A DNA stretch of 64,000 nucleotides, from assembly GCA_964607445.1 (NCBI GenBank), contig CAZSKN010000009.1, forward strand, positions 4,740 to 68,739. The letters are read 5' to 3'. The notes under the pieces are model-generated. The model saw only the letters and a list, made by a program, of their open reading frames with translations. It did no database searches and had not been told where the DNA came from. Positions within the stretch are counted from its first letter, which is position 1. Each line of letters begins with the position of its first letter. This DNA comes from an uncultured Caulobacterales bacterium. GTDB lineage: Bacteria > Pseudomonadota > Alphaproteobacteria > Caulobacterales > Maricaulaceae. The translations under genes and the position numbers were made by a program. Positions 22,374-32,953 of this stretch are shown one piece after another.

Positions 22374-23804
22374 ATGCCAAATTTCTTGCTTATAGCACCA
22401 GAACTCCTCCTTGCCGTTATGGCAACTCAATTACTTGGGTTCGGGATTGGCGGTAAAAAAGACCGGTCAGACCTTATACGGTATATTGCGATTGGCGTAT
22501 TACTTTTATATGCCTTATCCGGTTTTGTTTTAGGTATGCCTACGGGAGACACGTTTAGCGGAGCGCTTATTTATGATGGCTTTGGCTATTATGTGAAATT
22601 TTTTATCGGGATTGCGGCGGCGGCGGCTTTGTTTTTTGCCAAATCCTTTTTTAAGATCGAAAAACTAGATAAATATGAATATTCAGTGCTTATGCTTTAT
22701 GCCGTCTTGGGCATGAGTGTGATGGTCTCGTCTAACACATTATTGACCCTTTATATCGGTATTGAACTTCAAAGTTTAGCCCTTTATGTCATGGCCACTT
22801 TTAACCGGGATAGTTTACGAGCATCCGAGTCCGGGCTGAAATACTTTGTGCTTGGCGCCTTATCATCTGGCTTGTTGCTATATGGCATATCTCTGGTTTA
22901 CGGCTTTACAGGGTCTATTCAGTTCTCGGGTATTGCGGCGGCTATTGAAAATGGCCTCACACCGGGCGTAATCGCCGGCATGGTGTTTATGTTATGCGGA
23001 TTAGGCTTTAAAATATCCGCAGCCCCGTTCCATATGTGGACGCCCGATGTCTATGAAGGCGCGCCGACGCCGGTTACGGGGTTCTTTGCGTCTGCGCCTA
23101 AATTCGCGGCTATGGCCTTAATAGCGCGTCTTGTGATGGGTCCATTTGGAGGTATCGTTGATCAGTGGCAGCAAGTTATCATCGTCTTTGCTGTTTTGTC
23201 GATGTTTATCGGAGCGTTAGGGGCACTTACCCAAACCAATATTAAACGGCTTATGGCTTATTCTTCTATTGCAAATATGGGGTATGCGCTTGTACCCCTT
23301 GCGACCGGAACGATAGCGGGCGTTAAGGGGATGATGATCTTTATGTCGATTTACGTGATTACATCTATCGGCATATTTGCATGTATTTTACAGATGCGAA
23401 CCCGAAATGGCATGGTGGAACAGATTAGGGATTTGTCGGGGCTTTCTAAAACAAGAAAACCACTCGCGATATGTTTTACGGTTTGTATGTTGTCTGTTGC
23501 CGGTATTCCTCCTCTTATTGGATTCTTTGGTAAATGGATGGCTTTTGCACCGGCTTTTGAAGCTGGTTTATCATGGCTTGTGGTTTTAGCCTTGCTCGCA
23601 AGCGTCATTGGTGCGTTTTATTATTTGCGGGTTATTAAGACAATCTGGTTTGATGACCAAGACCATGAGTTCGTCAAAGCACCGTGGGATTTAAGAATTA
23701 TATCTCTTGTCTCTGCTGTATTGATCCTGCCGATGTTAATGTTACCCTTTATTGCTATTCGCGCGCAAATCTGGGTCGCGCAAGCGGCGCAGAGCTTGTT
23801 CTAG
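22374..23804 (+). CDS. nuoN: NADH-quinone oxidoreductase subunit N
   Basis: Antiporter-like subunit (MWTPDVYEGAPTPVT). I chose ATG 22374 (MPNFLL), just after the nuoM stop, over ORF-track 22299. Confidence 0.95.
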   Translation: MPNFLLIAPELLLAVMATQLLGFGIGGKKDRSDLIRYIAIGVLLLYALSGFVLGMPTGDTFSGALIYDGFGYYVKFFIGIAAAAALFFAKSFFKIEKLDKYEYSVLMLYAVLGMSVMVSSNTLLTLYIGIELQSLALYVMATFNRDSLRASESGLKYFVLGALSSGLLLYGISLVYGFTGSIQFSGIAAAIENGLTPGVIAGMVFMLCGLGFKISAAPFHMWTPDVYEGAPTPVTGFFASAPKFAAMALIARLVMGPFGGIVDQWQQVIIVFAVLSMFIGALGALTQTNIKRLMAYSSIANMGYALVPLATGTIAGVKGMMIFMSIYVITSIGIFACILQMRTRNGMVEQIRDLSGLSKTRKPLAICFTVCMLSVAGIPPLIGFFGKWMAFAPAFEAGLSWLVVLALLASVIGAFYYLRVIKTIWFDDQDHEFVKAPWDLRIISLVSAVLILPMLMLPFIAIRAQIWVAQAAQSLF

Positions 23805-23815
23805 CGGTATTTGTT

Positions 23816-24571
23816 TTGCGTTTCGTTTTTCTGGAAACGGTTGATTCTACGAATGCGGACGCGCGGCGGCGTGTCCTAGAAGGTGAGACAGCGCCCTTTT
23901 GGGTTGGAGCTAAATTACAAACACAAGGGCGTGGCCGGCGCGGGCGCGAATGGGTGTCGGTTTCAGGAAACCTGTTTTGTACGGGGGTTTATCCGGCTTT
24001 AGCCTCACTTCAGGATACAGCTAAGTTAAGCTTTGTTGCGGCTATTGCTATTTTTGAAACGCTTAAAGCCTATGTACCGGAAGATATCATTGTGCTAAAA
24101 TGGCCAAATGATGTTTTGCTCGACCGTAAAAAGGTCTCAGGTGTTTTATTGGAACACATAAATGATCATGTTTTTATTGGGGTTGGTATTAATCTGATAT
24201 CCCACCCACAAGACACAGCATATCCTACAACCCATGTACTCGCCCATATGTCCGATAATGATATAGATAGCCCTGAACCCGTTATGACAGGGCCGCAAGC
24301 GGTCATGGCTTTACTGTCTTCACGGATTACTTATTGGTATAATGTTTTTCAAACCGATGGTTTTGGGCCCGTAAAGGCCAGATGGACTGAACATGCCATA
24401 GGATTGAACGGATCGGATATTACAGTCAACCTGCCTAATGAGAGTTTTAAAGCCCGTGTTTTAGGTCTGGGTGAAAATGGAGAGTTGCAGGTCAAGCTTG
24501 AGGGTGGCACGATACGCCATATTCATGCGGGTGATGTCTTTCTTGAAGGCACGACCGGAAGAGGAGATTAG
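23816..24571 (+). CDS. birA: Biotin--[acetyl-CoA-carboxylase] ligase, class I (no N-terminal HTH)
   Basis: VDSTN and GRGRRGREW motifs. I propose TTG 23816, just after the nuoN stop, but the start is uncertain. The ORF-track start 23684 lies inside nuoN. Confidence 0.85.
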   Translation: MRFVFLETVDSTNADARRRVLEGETAPFWVGAKLQTQGRGRRGREWVSVSGNLFCTGVYPALASLQDTAKLSFVAAIAIFETLKAYVPEDIIVLKWPNDVLLDRKKVSGVLLEHINDHVFIGVGINLISHPQDTAYPTTHVLAHMSDNDIDSPEPVMTGPQAVMALLSSRITYWYNVFQTDGFGPVKARWTEHAIGLNGSDITVNLPNESFKARVLGLGENGELQVKLEGGTIRHIHAGDVFLEGTTGRGD

Positions 24572-25348
24572 ATGTTACTTGCGATTGATACAGGTAATAC
24601 CAATACATTGTTTGCGGTACATAATGGAACCTCGTGGGTAGTGGACTGGCGTATTGCCACAAATGTTAGTCGTACAGCTGATGAATATGCGGTTTGGTTT
24701 AACCAATTGCTGAGTATGCAAAACCTTACGTTTAAAGACATTACAGAGTGCGTTATTTCTTCTGTGGTTCCGCAATCTCTCTTTAATATGCGTAATCTAT
24801 CGCGGCGATATTTTAATATTGACCCTATTATTGTCGGAGATCCGGGGGTGGATATAGGCATAGGGGTTCGACTTGATAATCCCGCGGAAGTCGGGGCTGA
24901 CCGTCTTGTCAATGTTTTAGGGGCGCGCCGTAAATATCCAGGCCATCTTATATTGATTGATAGTGGCACAGCGACCACATTTGATGTTGTATCGGAAGAC
25001 GGGTTTTTTGAAGGCGGCATTATTGCTCCCGGGATTAATTTATCCGTTAGAGCCTTACATGACGCGGCGGCTCAACTTCCCCGTATCGCGATCAAAAAGC
25101 CGAGCTCGGTGATCGGAAAAGGAACAGTTTCTGCTATGCAGTCAGGAATTTTTTGGGGGTATATAGGTCTTATTGACGGATTGGTAAGGCGTATTAGGGC
25201 CGAAGATAGTCGCGAATTTACAGTGGTAGGCACAGGAGGAATTGCTTCCTTGTTTGAAGGCGCATCTGAAACTATCCAACATTATGACAGCCAACTAACG
25301 GTGAATGGTTTACTGGAAATTTGGCGGCTAAATAAAGATATAAAATGA
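24572..25348 (+). CDS. coaX: Type III pantothenate kinase
   Basis: 258 aa with the [11 protein letters not shown] phosphate-1 motif and DSGTATTFD. Confidence 0.93.
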   Translation: MLLAIDTGNTNTLFAVHNGTSWVVDWRIATNVSRTADEYAVWFNQLLSMQNLTFKDITECVISSVVPQSLFNMRNLSRRYFNIDPIIVGDPGVDIGIGVRLDNPAEVGADRLVNVLGARRKYPGHLILIDSGTATTFDVVSEDGFFEGGIIAPGINLSVRALHDAAAQLPRIAIKKPSSVIGKGTVSAMQSGIFWGYIGLIDGLVRRIRAEDSREFTVVGTGGIASLFEGASETIQHYDSQLTVNGLLEIWRLNKDIK

Positions 25349-27024
25349 TAGAATCTACGGATGAGCTTGTCTTCTTACCTTTAGGAGGGTCAGGTGAAAT
25401 CGGCATGAATTTGAATCTGTTCGGTTTTGGACCAGAACATAATCGAAAATGGATTATTGTTGATATTGGGGTTACATTTGGCGGTGCCGATACGCCCGGG
25501 GTCGAAATCATTATGCCGGATACGGCCTTTATTGAAGCCTGTAAGAAAGACTTATTGGCCATTGTACTGACCCATGCGCATGAAGATCATATGGGTGCCT
25601 TGGCGCGCCTTTGGCCGCGTTTGCAATGCCCTGTCTATGCCACGCCCTTCACGATGTATCTCGTTAAAGATAGATTGTCTGAATTTGGTTTATTGGAAGA
25701 TGTTGAATTGCACGAAGTGCCACTTGGTAGTAGGTTTGACATTGGTCCCTTCGATATTGAAATGATATCGCTTACCCATTCTATTCCAGAACCCAATGCT
25801 TTGGCGATTCGAACCTCGCGCGGGCTGGTTTTGCATACGGGGGATTGGAAAATTGACCCGGACCCTCAAATTGGAGACCCTGTTGATGCGGCGGCCATTC
25901 AAGCCTTGGGCCGCGAAGGCATATTGGCGATGATATGTGACAGTACGAATGTGTTTTCTCCGGGTATAGCGGGATCAGAAGCCGGTGTTCGCGGCGAACT
26001 TACCAAACTGATTGGTGAATATAAGGGGCGTGGTGTCGCTGTAGCTTCATTTGCGTCTAATGTGGCCCGTCTTGAAAGTGTCATGGTTGCGGCACAGGAA
26101 AACCACCGCAGTGTGTGTCTTGTAGGGCGGTCTATGCACCGCATGGTACGGGCGGCAAAATCAGTCGGGCTTCTTGCCCACACGGCCCCGATTTTAACCG
26201 AAGAAGAGGCTGTCAGCCTCCCCCAAGAACATGTGCTTTATTTATGTACGGGAAGTCAGGGCGAACCCAGAGCCGCGCTTTCGCGCATAGCTAATCAAGA
26301 CCATCGGTATATTAAATTTAAATCTGGGGATGCTGTTATTTTTTCATCTAAAATTATTCCGGGAAATGAGATTGGAATTTTTGCATTGCAAAATGCCTTG
26401 GCGGATGAAGGTATAGAGATTGTGACGGAAAAAAACCGTCCTATTCATGTATCTGGTCATCCGTGTCGCGATGAATTAGCGCAAATGTATGCGTGGGCAA
26501 AACCTGAAATTGCGATCCCTGTTCATGGAGAACGCCGGCATCTTTTAGAACATGCGAAACTGGCGAAGGCTCTGGGCGTGAAACAAGCTGTTGCGGCCCG
26601 CAATGGGGAAATGCTGAGATTGGATAAGGATCATGTTGAAATTATCGACATTGTGCCGTCTGGGAGATTGCACCAAGATGGAAATGTGATTGTGTCGTCT
26701 TTAGATAACGGGCTTAGACAACGTCATAAAATGGCTTACGCTGGACATGTCGCTTTAAGCTTGGTCTTAGGGGGCAAAGGGCGTATTATTTCAGGCCCGG
26801 AACCGCGTATTTCTGGGTTTCCCGAAGGCGAGCATGGTGATATGTTGGACGGGCTGCTAGATGACGTAGCCGAAGTTGCAGAGCAAGCTCTTAAAAACTT
26901 ACGCAGCCCTGAAAAGTTAAATGAAGATAATATTGAACATCATATTGCGGCGCGTGTTAAAAAATTTATGAAAATGAAAACCGGAAAACGCGCCATTATT
27001 GATGTGACCGTACATAAAATTTAA
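25345..27024 (+). CDS. rnj: Ribonuclease J (metallo-beta-lactamase / beta-CASP)
   Basis: 559 aa with [11 protein letters not shown], a beta-CASP region and HVSGH. Confidence 0.9.
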   Translation: MIESTDELVFLPLGGSGEIGMNLNLFGFGPEHNRKWIIVDIGVTFGGADTPGVEIIMPDTAFIEACKKDLLAIVLTHAHEDHMGALARLWPRLQCPVYATPFTMYLVKDRLSEFGLLEDVELHEVPLGSRFDIGPFDIEMISLTHSIPEPNALAIRTSRGLVLHTGDWKIDPDPQIGDPVDAAAIQALGREGILAMICDSTNVFSPGIAGSEAGVRGELTKLIGEYKGRGVAVASFASNVARLESVMVAAQENHRSVCLVGRSMHRMVRAAKSVGLLAHTAPILTEEEAVSLPQEHVLYLCTGSQGEPRAALSRIANQDHRYIKFKSGDAVIFSSKIIPGNEIGIFALQNALADEGIEIVTEKNRPIHVSGHPCRDELAQMYAWAKPEIAIPVHGERRHLLEHAKLAKALGVKQAVAARNGEMLRLDKDHVEIIDIVPSGRLHQDGNVIVSSLDNGLRQRHKMAYAGHVALSLVLGGKGRIISGPEPRISGFPEGEHGDMLDGLLDDVAEVAEQALKNLRSPEKLNEDNIEHHIAARVKKFMKMKTGKRAIIDVTVHKI

Positions 27025-27102
27025 ACTGGATGTTCGCGCATTACCCTAAATTACCCAGTAAGACGAAACCGAGTAGAATAGGTGACAGCTAAGGAGAGTG
27101 AA

Positions 27103-27534
27103 ATGGAAACTAAGTTTCAATTAGGGCCGTTAAATCATGTCGGAATTGCCGTGCCAGATATTGAAGCGGCAATTAAAATGTATAGAGATGTATTTGAAGT
27201 TACGGATATAACGGACCCTCAAGATTTACCGCCACAGGGTGTGACCTATGCCTTTGTAAATTTGCCATCAGGCCAAGTTGAATTGATACAGCCATACGGA
27301 GAGGCATCACCGATTGCAAAATTTCTGGAGAAAAACCCAAAGGGCGGTCAACACCATATTTGCTTTGAGGTGGTGGATATATATGCCGCCAGTGAAGCTA
27401 TGAAACAAAAGGGGATGCGTGTCTTGAATGCCCCGCGTTTGGGCGCGCATGGGACACCGGTTGTCTTTCTACATCCCGGGGATAGTGGCGGTGTGTTGAT
27501 AGAACTTATGGAAACGCCACATGCGAAACCCTAA
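27103..27534 (+). CDS. mce: Methylmalonyl-CoA epimerase (VOC/glyoxalase fold)
   Basis: LNHVGIAVPDIE and HHICFEV motifs. ATG 27103 is preceded by AAGGAGAG and is preferred over GTG 27082. Confidence 0.85.
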   Translation: METKFQLGPLNHVGIAVPDIEAAIKMYRDVFEVTDITDPQDLPPQGVTYAFVNLPSGQVELIQPYGEASPIAKFLEKNPKGGQHHICFEVVDIYAASEAMKQKGMRVLNAPRLGAHGTPVVFLHPGDSGGVLIELMETPHAKP

Positions 27535-27575
27535 AGCCCGAACTTTAAAGTCTACAGATTGAAGGTCGTGCTGTA

Positions 27576-27812
27576 ATGTCTCCATTCTCTATATTTGTTG
27601 TCTATTTACTTATTTGGTGGATAGTTTTGTTTGCAGTTTTACCTATTGGTGTTCGCGGACAAGCGGAAGAGGACAATATTGTACCGGGTTCGGAACCCGG
27701 GGCGCCGGTTGATAGTCAAATGAAGAAAAAAATTATAATGACGACAATTATTGCGACTTTGATTTGGGCCGTGATCTGCTGCGTTATCATATTCGGGTGG
27801 ATTAAATTATAA
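27576..27812 (+). CDS. DUF1467-family small membrane protein
   Basis: 78 aa with two TM segments and an N-terminal pattern (YLLIWWIVLFAVLPIGVR) typical of DUF1467. It holds the conserved position after mce in alphaproteobacteria. Confidence 0.75.
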   Translation: MSPFSIFVVYLLIWWIVLFAVLPIGVRGQAEEDNIVPGSEPGAPVDSQMKKKIIMTTIIATLIWAVICCVIIFGWIKL

Positions 27813-27900
27813 GCCTTTGCTTATGTTATTTTACAGGACGGAACTTGTCGGCTTGCTGATAAGAGGATAGCGTAGTCCAAGAAGAAAAGGATTCTTATCC

Positions 27901-29232
27901 ATGCGATTATCGCGTTATTTTTTACCTGTTTTAAAAGAAACCCCTGCTGAGGCCAGTATTGCCTCTCATCGCTATATGTTGCGGGCAGGGATGATTAAGC
28001 AAAACAGTGCTGGCATTTATACATGGTTACCCATGGGCCATAAAGTTCTTAAGAAAATCGAACATATTGTACGCGAGGAACAAAACCGGGCCGGTGCGGT
28101 TGAACTTTTAATGCCAACCATTCAATCCGCCGATTTATGGAAGGAAACCGGACGCTATGAGGCTTATGGACCGGAAATGCTACGCATAACGGATCGTAGC
28201 GACCGGGAAATGCTTTATGGGCCCACGAATGAAGATATGATTACGGATGTGTTCCGGTCTTTTGTGAGGTCTTACAAGGACCTACCGCAATGTCTTTATC
28301 ATATTCAATGGAAGTTCAGGGATGAACGGCGCCCGCGTTTCGGTATTATGCGTGGGCGAGAATTCCTTATGAAAGATGCCTATTGTTTTGACATAGATGC
28401 AAAGAGCGCCAGACGGTCTTATAATAAAATGTTTGCAAGCTATCTTAACACTTTTGCGCGTTTGGGGGTGACGGCCGTGCCTATGCGCGCAGATACGGGG
28501 CCTATCGGCGGTGACTTGTCGCATGAGTTTTTGATTTTGGCGGATACAGGTGAGTCCGAGGTGTTTTTGCATAAGGATTTGATTGAAATGGATCCGCCCG
28601 GCGACGTAGATTTTGACAGTGATTTGTCTCATATCTTTAAACAACGCACTGAACTTTATGCTGCGACTGAAGATATGCACGATGTTGCTGAATTTGAAAA
28701 AATTCCTAAAGACAAACGCCTGTCAGCACGCGGAATAGAGGTTGGGCATATTTTCTACTTTGGAGATAAATATACAGCGCCGATGAAAGCAAAAGTCATG
28801 GGGCCGGACGGGAAAGAACATATCGCTTTGGGGGGGTCTTATGGGATCGGCGTGTCGCGCCTTGTTGGCGCAATTATAGAAGCCAGCCATGATGATAGAG
28901 GTATAATCTGGCCGAAATCTGTTACACCTTACGGCGTTGGGATACTTAATTTGAAAACAGGTGACGCTGAAACCGATGCGGCTTGTAACAAGCTTTATGA
29001 ACAATTAACCCAGGCGGGAGTTGATCCGCTTTATGATGATAAGTCTGATCGTGGCGGGGTTAAATTTTCACGTATGGACCTTATTGGTCTACCTTATCAG
29101 ATTATTGTCGGGCCTAGGGGATTAAAAGAGGGTATTGTCGAAGTCAAAGAGCGGGCGACAGATGTGCGTCAGAATATGACGGCTGAAGCGGCCATTGCCT
29201 ATATTTCTGATGCCTATGCAGGTCTTGTTTAG
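27901..29232 (+). CDS. proS: Proline--tRNA ligase (short alphaproteobacterial type)
   Basis: 443 aa starting [18 protein letters not shown], with class II aaRS motifs. Confidence 0.96.
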   Translation: MRLSRYFLPVLKETPAEASIASHRYMLRAGMIKQNSAGIYTWLPMGHKVLKKIEHIVREEQNRAGAVELLMPTIQSADLWKETGRYEAYGPEMLRITDRSDREMLYGPTNEDMITDVFRSFVRSYKDLPQCLYHIQWKFRDERRPRFGIMRGREFLMKDAYCFDIDAKSARRSYNKMFASYLNTFARLGVTAVPMRADTGPIGGDLSHEFLILADTGESEVFLHKDLIEMDPPGDVDFDSDLSHIFKQRTELYAATEDMHDVAEFEKIPKDKRLSARGIEVGHIFYFGDKYTAPMKAKVMGPDGKEHIALGGSYGIGVSRLVGAIIEASHDDRGIIWPKSVTPYGVGILNLKTGDAETDAACNKLYEQLTQAGVDPLYDDKSDRGGVKFSRMDLIGLPYQIIVGPRGLKEGIVEVKERATDVRQNMTAEAAIAYISDAYAGLV

Positions 29233-30549
29233 GTGAATGAAATTTCCAATATCGGCCCTGAATTTATTGGACGGCAAAACAAGCCTTTTGGTAGTGTTGA
29301 GCGTGCGATATCGCGTCGTTATTTAGGGGCTAAAAAATCGGAAGGCGGAGTCGCGGCAATCGCATGGATTTCGTTTATTTGTATTGTTTTAGCAATTATC
29401 GCCATGATTACGATTATGTCGATTATGAACGGTTTTCGGGCGAAGCTTTTAGAACTCACTATTGGATCTCAGGGGCATATGTATGTGCTCTCCTCGACAC
29501 CAAACCCGACTCCGGAAAGCTTGCGCCATATGGAGGCGCGTTTAGCCGCTGTCCCCGGCGTTGATGAGGCCTTTGAATTTACCGAAAATTTAGTTGGTGT
29601 GCAGGCTAATGGTCAGATTACGATTGGGCATGTTATCGGTATACGGCCTGATAATCTCGATAGTTTCGAGTTGATAAATAACAGTATTGAATATGGCACT
29701 TTGCAATATTTTGGACAGGGGCGCGGGTCTGACCATCAAATTGCGATCGGGGCTTTTATGGCCTCGGAGCTGGGTTTGAGCCTTGGCGATAAATTGACGA
29801 TTTACTCGGGACGAACCCGAAAAACAGTTACAGGTGAAACGCCCGTAATTAAGGCCTATACGATTGGGGCGATTTTTAAAACGGGGCTTTATACCACGGA
29901 TTTATCGACCATTTATATGGATTATGATCAGGCTGTTTTACTTTTTGAAAATGGCAAGGTGCCGGGTAGTATACAATTGCGCTTGAAAGACCCGGATAAG
30001 ATTGATGCGCTTTACGGTGATATACAGGCAGCGGCGGCACAACCCGTTTTTATCCAGACCTGGAAGGATAAAAATGCGACAACCGCAACGGCTTTGCGTA
30101 CAGAGCAACTTGCGATGCGGTTTATCTTTATTATCGTTGTCGTGATTTCTACCTTTCCGATTTTGGCTGCGATGATCATGTTGGTAAAAAACAAGTCCAA
30201 AGATATCGCAATATTACGTACGATCGGGGCGTCGCGGGCCTCTATATTGCGGATATTTTTTCTGGCTGGTGCTACGGTGGGTACATTGGGGACACTGACC
30301 GGGCTGATTCTGGGGATTTTACTTTGCCTGAATATTGACGGGGTTCAGGCCGTTATCGAATCGATCACGGGCGTGCCGTTATTTCCTCCTGATGTCTATT
30401 CGATTTCCGGCGGTATTCCGGCCAAAGTTGTTTGGGCAGAAGTGATAGGTGTAGCAATTTGCGGTTTCGTAATTTCTGCCGTGGCGACCTTTTTTCCGGC
30501 GTTGAATGCCTCGCGTATCGATCCTGTGGAGGCGTTGCGTTATGAGTAA
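29233..30549 (+). CDS. lolC: Lipoprotein-releasing system permease (LolC/E family, FtsX-like)
   Basis: 438 aa with four TM segments and a large periplasmic loop. GTG start lies directly after the proS stop, and lolD follows with an overlap. Confidence 0.85.
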   Translation: MNEISNIGPEFIGRQNKPFGSVERAISRRYLGAKKSEGGVAAIAWISFICIVLAIIAMITIMSIMNGFRAKLLELTIGSQGHMYVLSSTPNPTPESLRHMEARLAAVPGVDEAFEFTENLVGVQANGQITIGHVIGIRPDNLDSFELINNSIEYGTLQYFGQGRGSDHQIAIGAFMASELGLSLGDKLTIYSGRTRKTVTGETPVIKAYTIGAIFKTGLYTTDLSTIYMDYDQAVLLFENGKVPGSIQLRLKDPDKIDALYGDIQAAAAQPVFIQTWKDKNATTATALRTEQLAMRFIFIIVVVISTFPILAAMIMLVKNKSKDIAILRTIGASRASILRIFFLAGATVGTLGTLTGLILGILLCLNIDGVQAVIESITGVPLFPPDVYSISGGIPAKVVWAEVIGVAICGFVISAVATFFPALNASRIDPVEALRYE

Positions 30550-31261
30550 ACGACCCATTTTATCAGTACGAAATTTACACCGCTCCTATAAGTCTGGTGA
30601 AACTATTTTGCAGGTATTACGCGGCGCTGATATTGATATTTATCCCGGAGAGATGGTGGGTTTAATCGGGCCGTCTGGCTCAGGTAAGTCGACGTTGTTG
30701 CATGCAGCGGGGCTTCTTGAAAAACCCAATGCTGGCACGGTTTATATAAATGGGCGTGAATGCTTGAAATTATCGGATGATAAACGTACGGCTATTCGGC
30801 GGGAAACCATAGGGGTTGTGTATCAATTCCACCATCTGCAAAAAGAATTTACAGCCGTCGATAATGTAGTGATTCCGCAAATGATCGCCGGTAAGGCCCG
30901 CGCAGAATCAGAAGTGGAAGCGCGGCGGCTCTTGGCAATTATGGGTTTGTCTGAACGTGAACATCATAAACCCTCGCAAATGTCTGGCGGTGAACAACAA
31001 CGTGTGGCGATTGCGCGGGCAATTTCTAACCACCCGCAGATTTTGCTTGCGGATGAACCGACAGGCAACCTTGATCCCAATACATCAAATAGCGTTTTTC
31101 AAAGCCTGTTTGATCTTACCCGTCTTGAAGGCGTCTCTGCCCTTGTCGCAACGCATAATATGCATTTAACGCAATTTATGGACCGGGTATTGACCGTGCG
31201 TGACGGTCTGGTTGTCCCTTACACGCCTGACGTCACACGTGGGGCCACGCCAGCACTTTGA
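30542..31261 (+). CDS. lolD: Lipoprotein-releasing system ATP-binding protein
   Basis: Walker [10 protein letters not shown], signature [14 protein letters not shown], Walker B LLADEPT. ATG 30542 overlaps the lolC stop and is preferred over 30506. Confidence 0.9.
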   Translation: MSKRPILSVRNLHRSYKSGETILQVLRGADIDIYPGEMVGLIGPSGSGKSTLLHAAGLLEKPNAGTVYINGRECLKLSDDKRTAIRRETIGVVYQFHHLQKEFTAVDNVVIPQMIAGKARAESEVEARRLLAIMGLSEREHHKPSQMSGGEQQRVAIARAISNHPQILLADEPTGNLDPNTSNSVFQSLFDLTRLEGVSALVATHNMHLTQFMDRVLTVRDGLVVPYTPDVTRGATPAL

Positions 31262-31303
31262 GTTAGCGCTTAATTGAATTTGCCGCGCGCATTGATATAA
31301 AAT

Positions 31304-32653
31304 CTATGTCGTCGGTTTGCGTTCGAGGTGTTTGGATATCAGATAAAATGCGACGCCGACTAAAATCACGCAGACGCCAAAAAGCGCTTTCTGGGGTTCT
31401 TCTTTGACAACATAAAATAGGGTGAACGCTGTGAGGGCAAGATAAATTAGAGGAACGATTGGATAGCCCCAGGTTTTGTAGGGACGTGGCAGATCGGGTT
31501 CACGATACCGTAGGATAAATACACCCAATACAGCTAAAAAGCTATTAAAGGCCAGCATAGCTCCGGCAAAGATAACAATGGTTTTAAAGCTGGATGTCAG
31601 GATAAAAATAAGGGCAATCGCGGATTGAAAATATATGGCATTACGGGGCAGCTTTTCTGTATTGGTTTTACCCAGAAACCGTAATGCCGGAAAGTCTTCA
31701 CCAATAGCTTGTAAGGCTCGCGGGCCCGCGAGTGTCATAGCGCTAACGGTCGAAATCAGAAGTATGGCCAACATGCCACCTGCAATACGCGCGCCGGTTT
31801 CACCAAAGATGTTTTGTGCTGAAATATAGCCAATTTCGACCTTATTGACGAGTTCTTCAATTGGAGCCGTATAAAGGAATACATAATTCAGTAATACATA
31901 AAGCCCCATGACGAGACCCGTACCCAATATTAATATGCGTGGTAGATCACGTTGAGGGTTTTCAAGCTCGCCGCTGATATATGTTGCGGCATTCCATCCG
32001 GTATAGGCGTAAGATACATAGATGAGGGAGATTGCGAAAGCGCCGCTTTTGATAACATCTAGGTCACCCGAAACGGGTGTAATTGTCAAAGGTTGCGGAG
32101 ATTGGGTGAAGAGGAAAGCAGCGAAACAAAAACAAAGAATAAGTCCGATTTTGAATGCTGTGAATATGGTTTGAAACCGGCTGCTATCGTTACGGTTACG
32201 TCCATGAATTAAGGTGACAATGATGACCAGTAAACAAGCCAATAACTTTTGTGTGGCATTGCTATAATCGCCGGGGATGGCTGCCGTGCTATATTTACCA
32301 AAAGCAATGGCAACCGCAGCAATCGGAGCTGCAAACCCAATCGTTGCAGATATCCAGCCCGAGATGAAACCCGCGACCGGATGGTAAATACGACCAAGAA
32401 AATTATATTCACCTCCAGATCGCGGCAAGGCTGCCCCGAGCTCTGCGTAAGATGCAGCGCCGCACATGGCGGCGATTCCACCAAAAATCCATAATAATAG
32501 AATTGGAAACCCCGTCTTGATGTCTACGAGTTGGAAGCCGAGACTGGTGAAAACACCTGTTCCCACCATATTGGCAATTATCACGGCGGTCGCTGCACGT
32601 GGGGAATAAAACTGTGACACATCAACCTCGTTTATATGGGGACGTTTTTTCAA
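31304..32653 (-). CDS. APC-family amino acid/polyamine permease
   Basis: About 12 TM segments with an N-terminal IIANMVGTGVFTSLGF motif. The ORF-track TTG start at 32752 overlaps a strong opposite-strand promoter. TTG 32653 or GTG 32620 (GAGG 5 nt upstream) are more plausible starts. Confidence 0.75.
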   Translation of the reverse strand: MKKRPHINEVDVSQFYSPRAATAVIIANMVGTGVFTSLGFQLVDIKTGFPILLLWIFGGIAAMCGAASYAELGAALPRSGGEYNFLGRIYHPVAGFISGWISATIGFAAPIAAVAIAFGKYSTAAIPGDYSNATQKLLACLLVIIVTLIHGRNRNDSSRFQTIFTAFKIGLILCFCFAAFLFTQSPQPLTITPVSGDLDVIKSGAFAISLIYVSYAYTGWNAATYISGELENPQRDLPRILILGTGLVMGLYVLLNYVFLYTAPIEELVNKVEIGYISAQNIFGETGARIAGGMLAILLISTVSAMTLAGPRALQAIGEDFPALRFLGKTNTEKLPRNAIYFQSAIALIFILTSSFKTIVIFAGAMLAFNSFLAVLGVFILRYREPDLPRPYKTWGYPIVPLIYLALTAFTLFYVVKEEPQKALFGVCVILVGVAFYLISKHLERKPTT

Positions 32654-32717
32654 ATAGAGGAGGTGGGCCAAAATGAGAACCAATCTCCATAAATAAGGTG
32701 TGTGTATGATAAGTCCC

Positions 32718-32747
32718 TTGACAAGAGAGAGGGGATATTTGTATAAG
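32718..32747 (+). promoter_or_regulatory. Putative sigma70-type promoter: TTGACA-N17-GTATAA (or N18-TATAAG)
   Basis: A perfect -35 hexamer lies at 32718-32723 and the -10 at 32741-32747. A LexA box follows immediately, and the promoter reads toward the micro-ORF and dnaE. Confidence 0.5.
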
Positions 32748-32761
32748 AACAAAAAGTGAAC
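32747..32761 (+). promoter_or_regulatory. Perfect alphaproteobacterial LexA (SOS) box, GAAC-N7-GAAC (complement of GTTC-N7-GTTC)
   Basis: GAACAAAAAGTGAAC abuts the -10 element. The same motif class lies upstream of lexA in this window. Confidence 0.55.
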
Positions 32762-32788
32762 ATTTGGAGTTTAACTGGGGATAATCAC

Positions 32789-32881
32789 ATGAAGCAACTT
32801 GTTATGGATATTAGTGCAGGTATGGTTATGGCAGGATTCGTGTCCATGATGACAATATGGATGGTTGTGCTGGGGGGGTAG
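32789..32881 (+). CDS. Candidate 30-aa hydrophobic micropeptide (MKQLVMDISAGMVMAGFVSMMTIWMVVLGG)
   Basis: The ATG lies 8 nt after GGGG (32777-32780) and about 35 nt downstream of the predicted TSS. It has one predicted TM helix and is Met-rich. It is too short for the ORF track. Confidence 0.35.
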   Translation: MKQLVMDISAGMVMAGFVSMMTIWMVVLGG

Positions 32882-32953
32882 CTCAATGACTGAGCATATA
32901 TCTCCATAGTTTTAGACCGAAGTGTTTATGAATAAGGTTTTATAGGGGATCAT

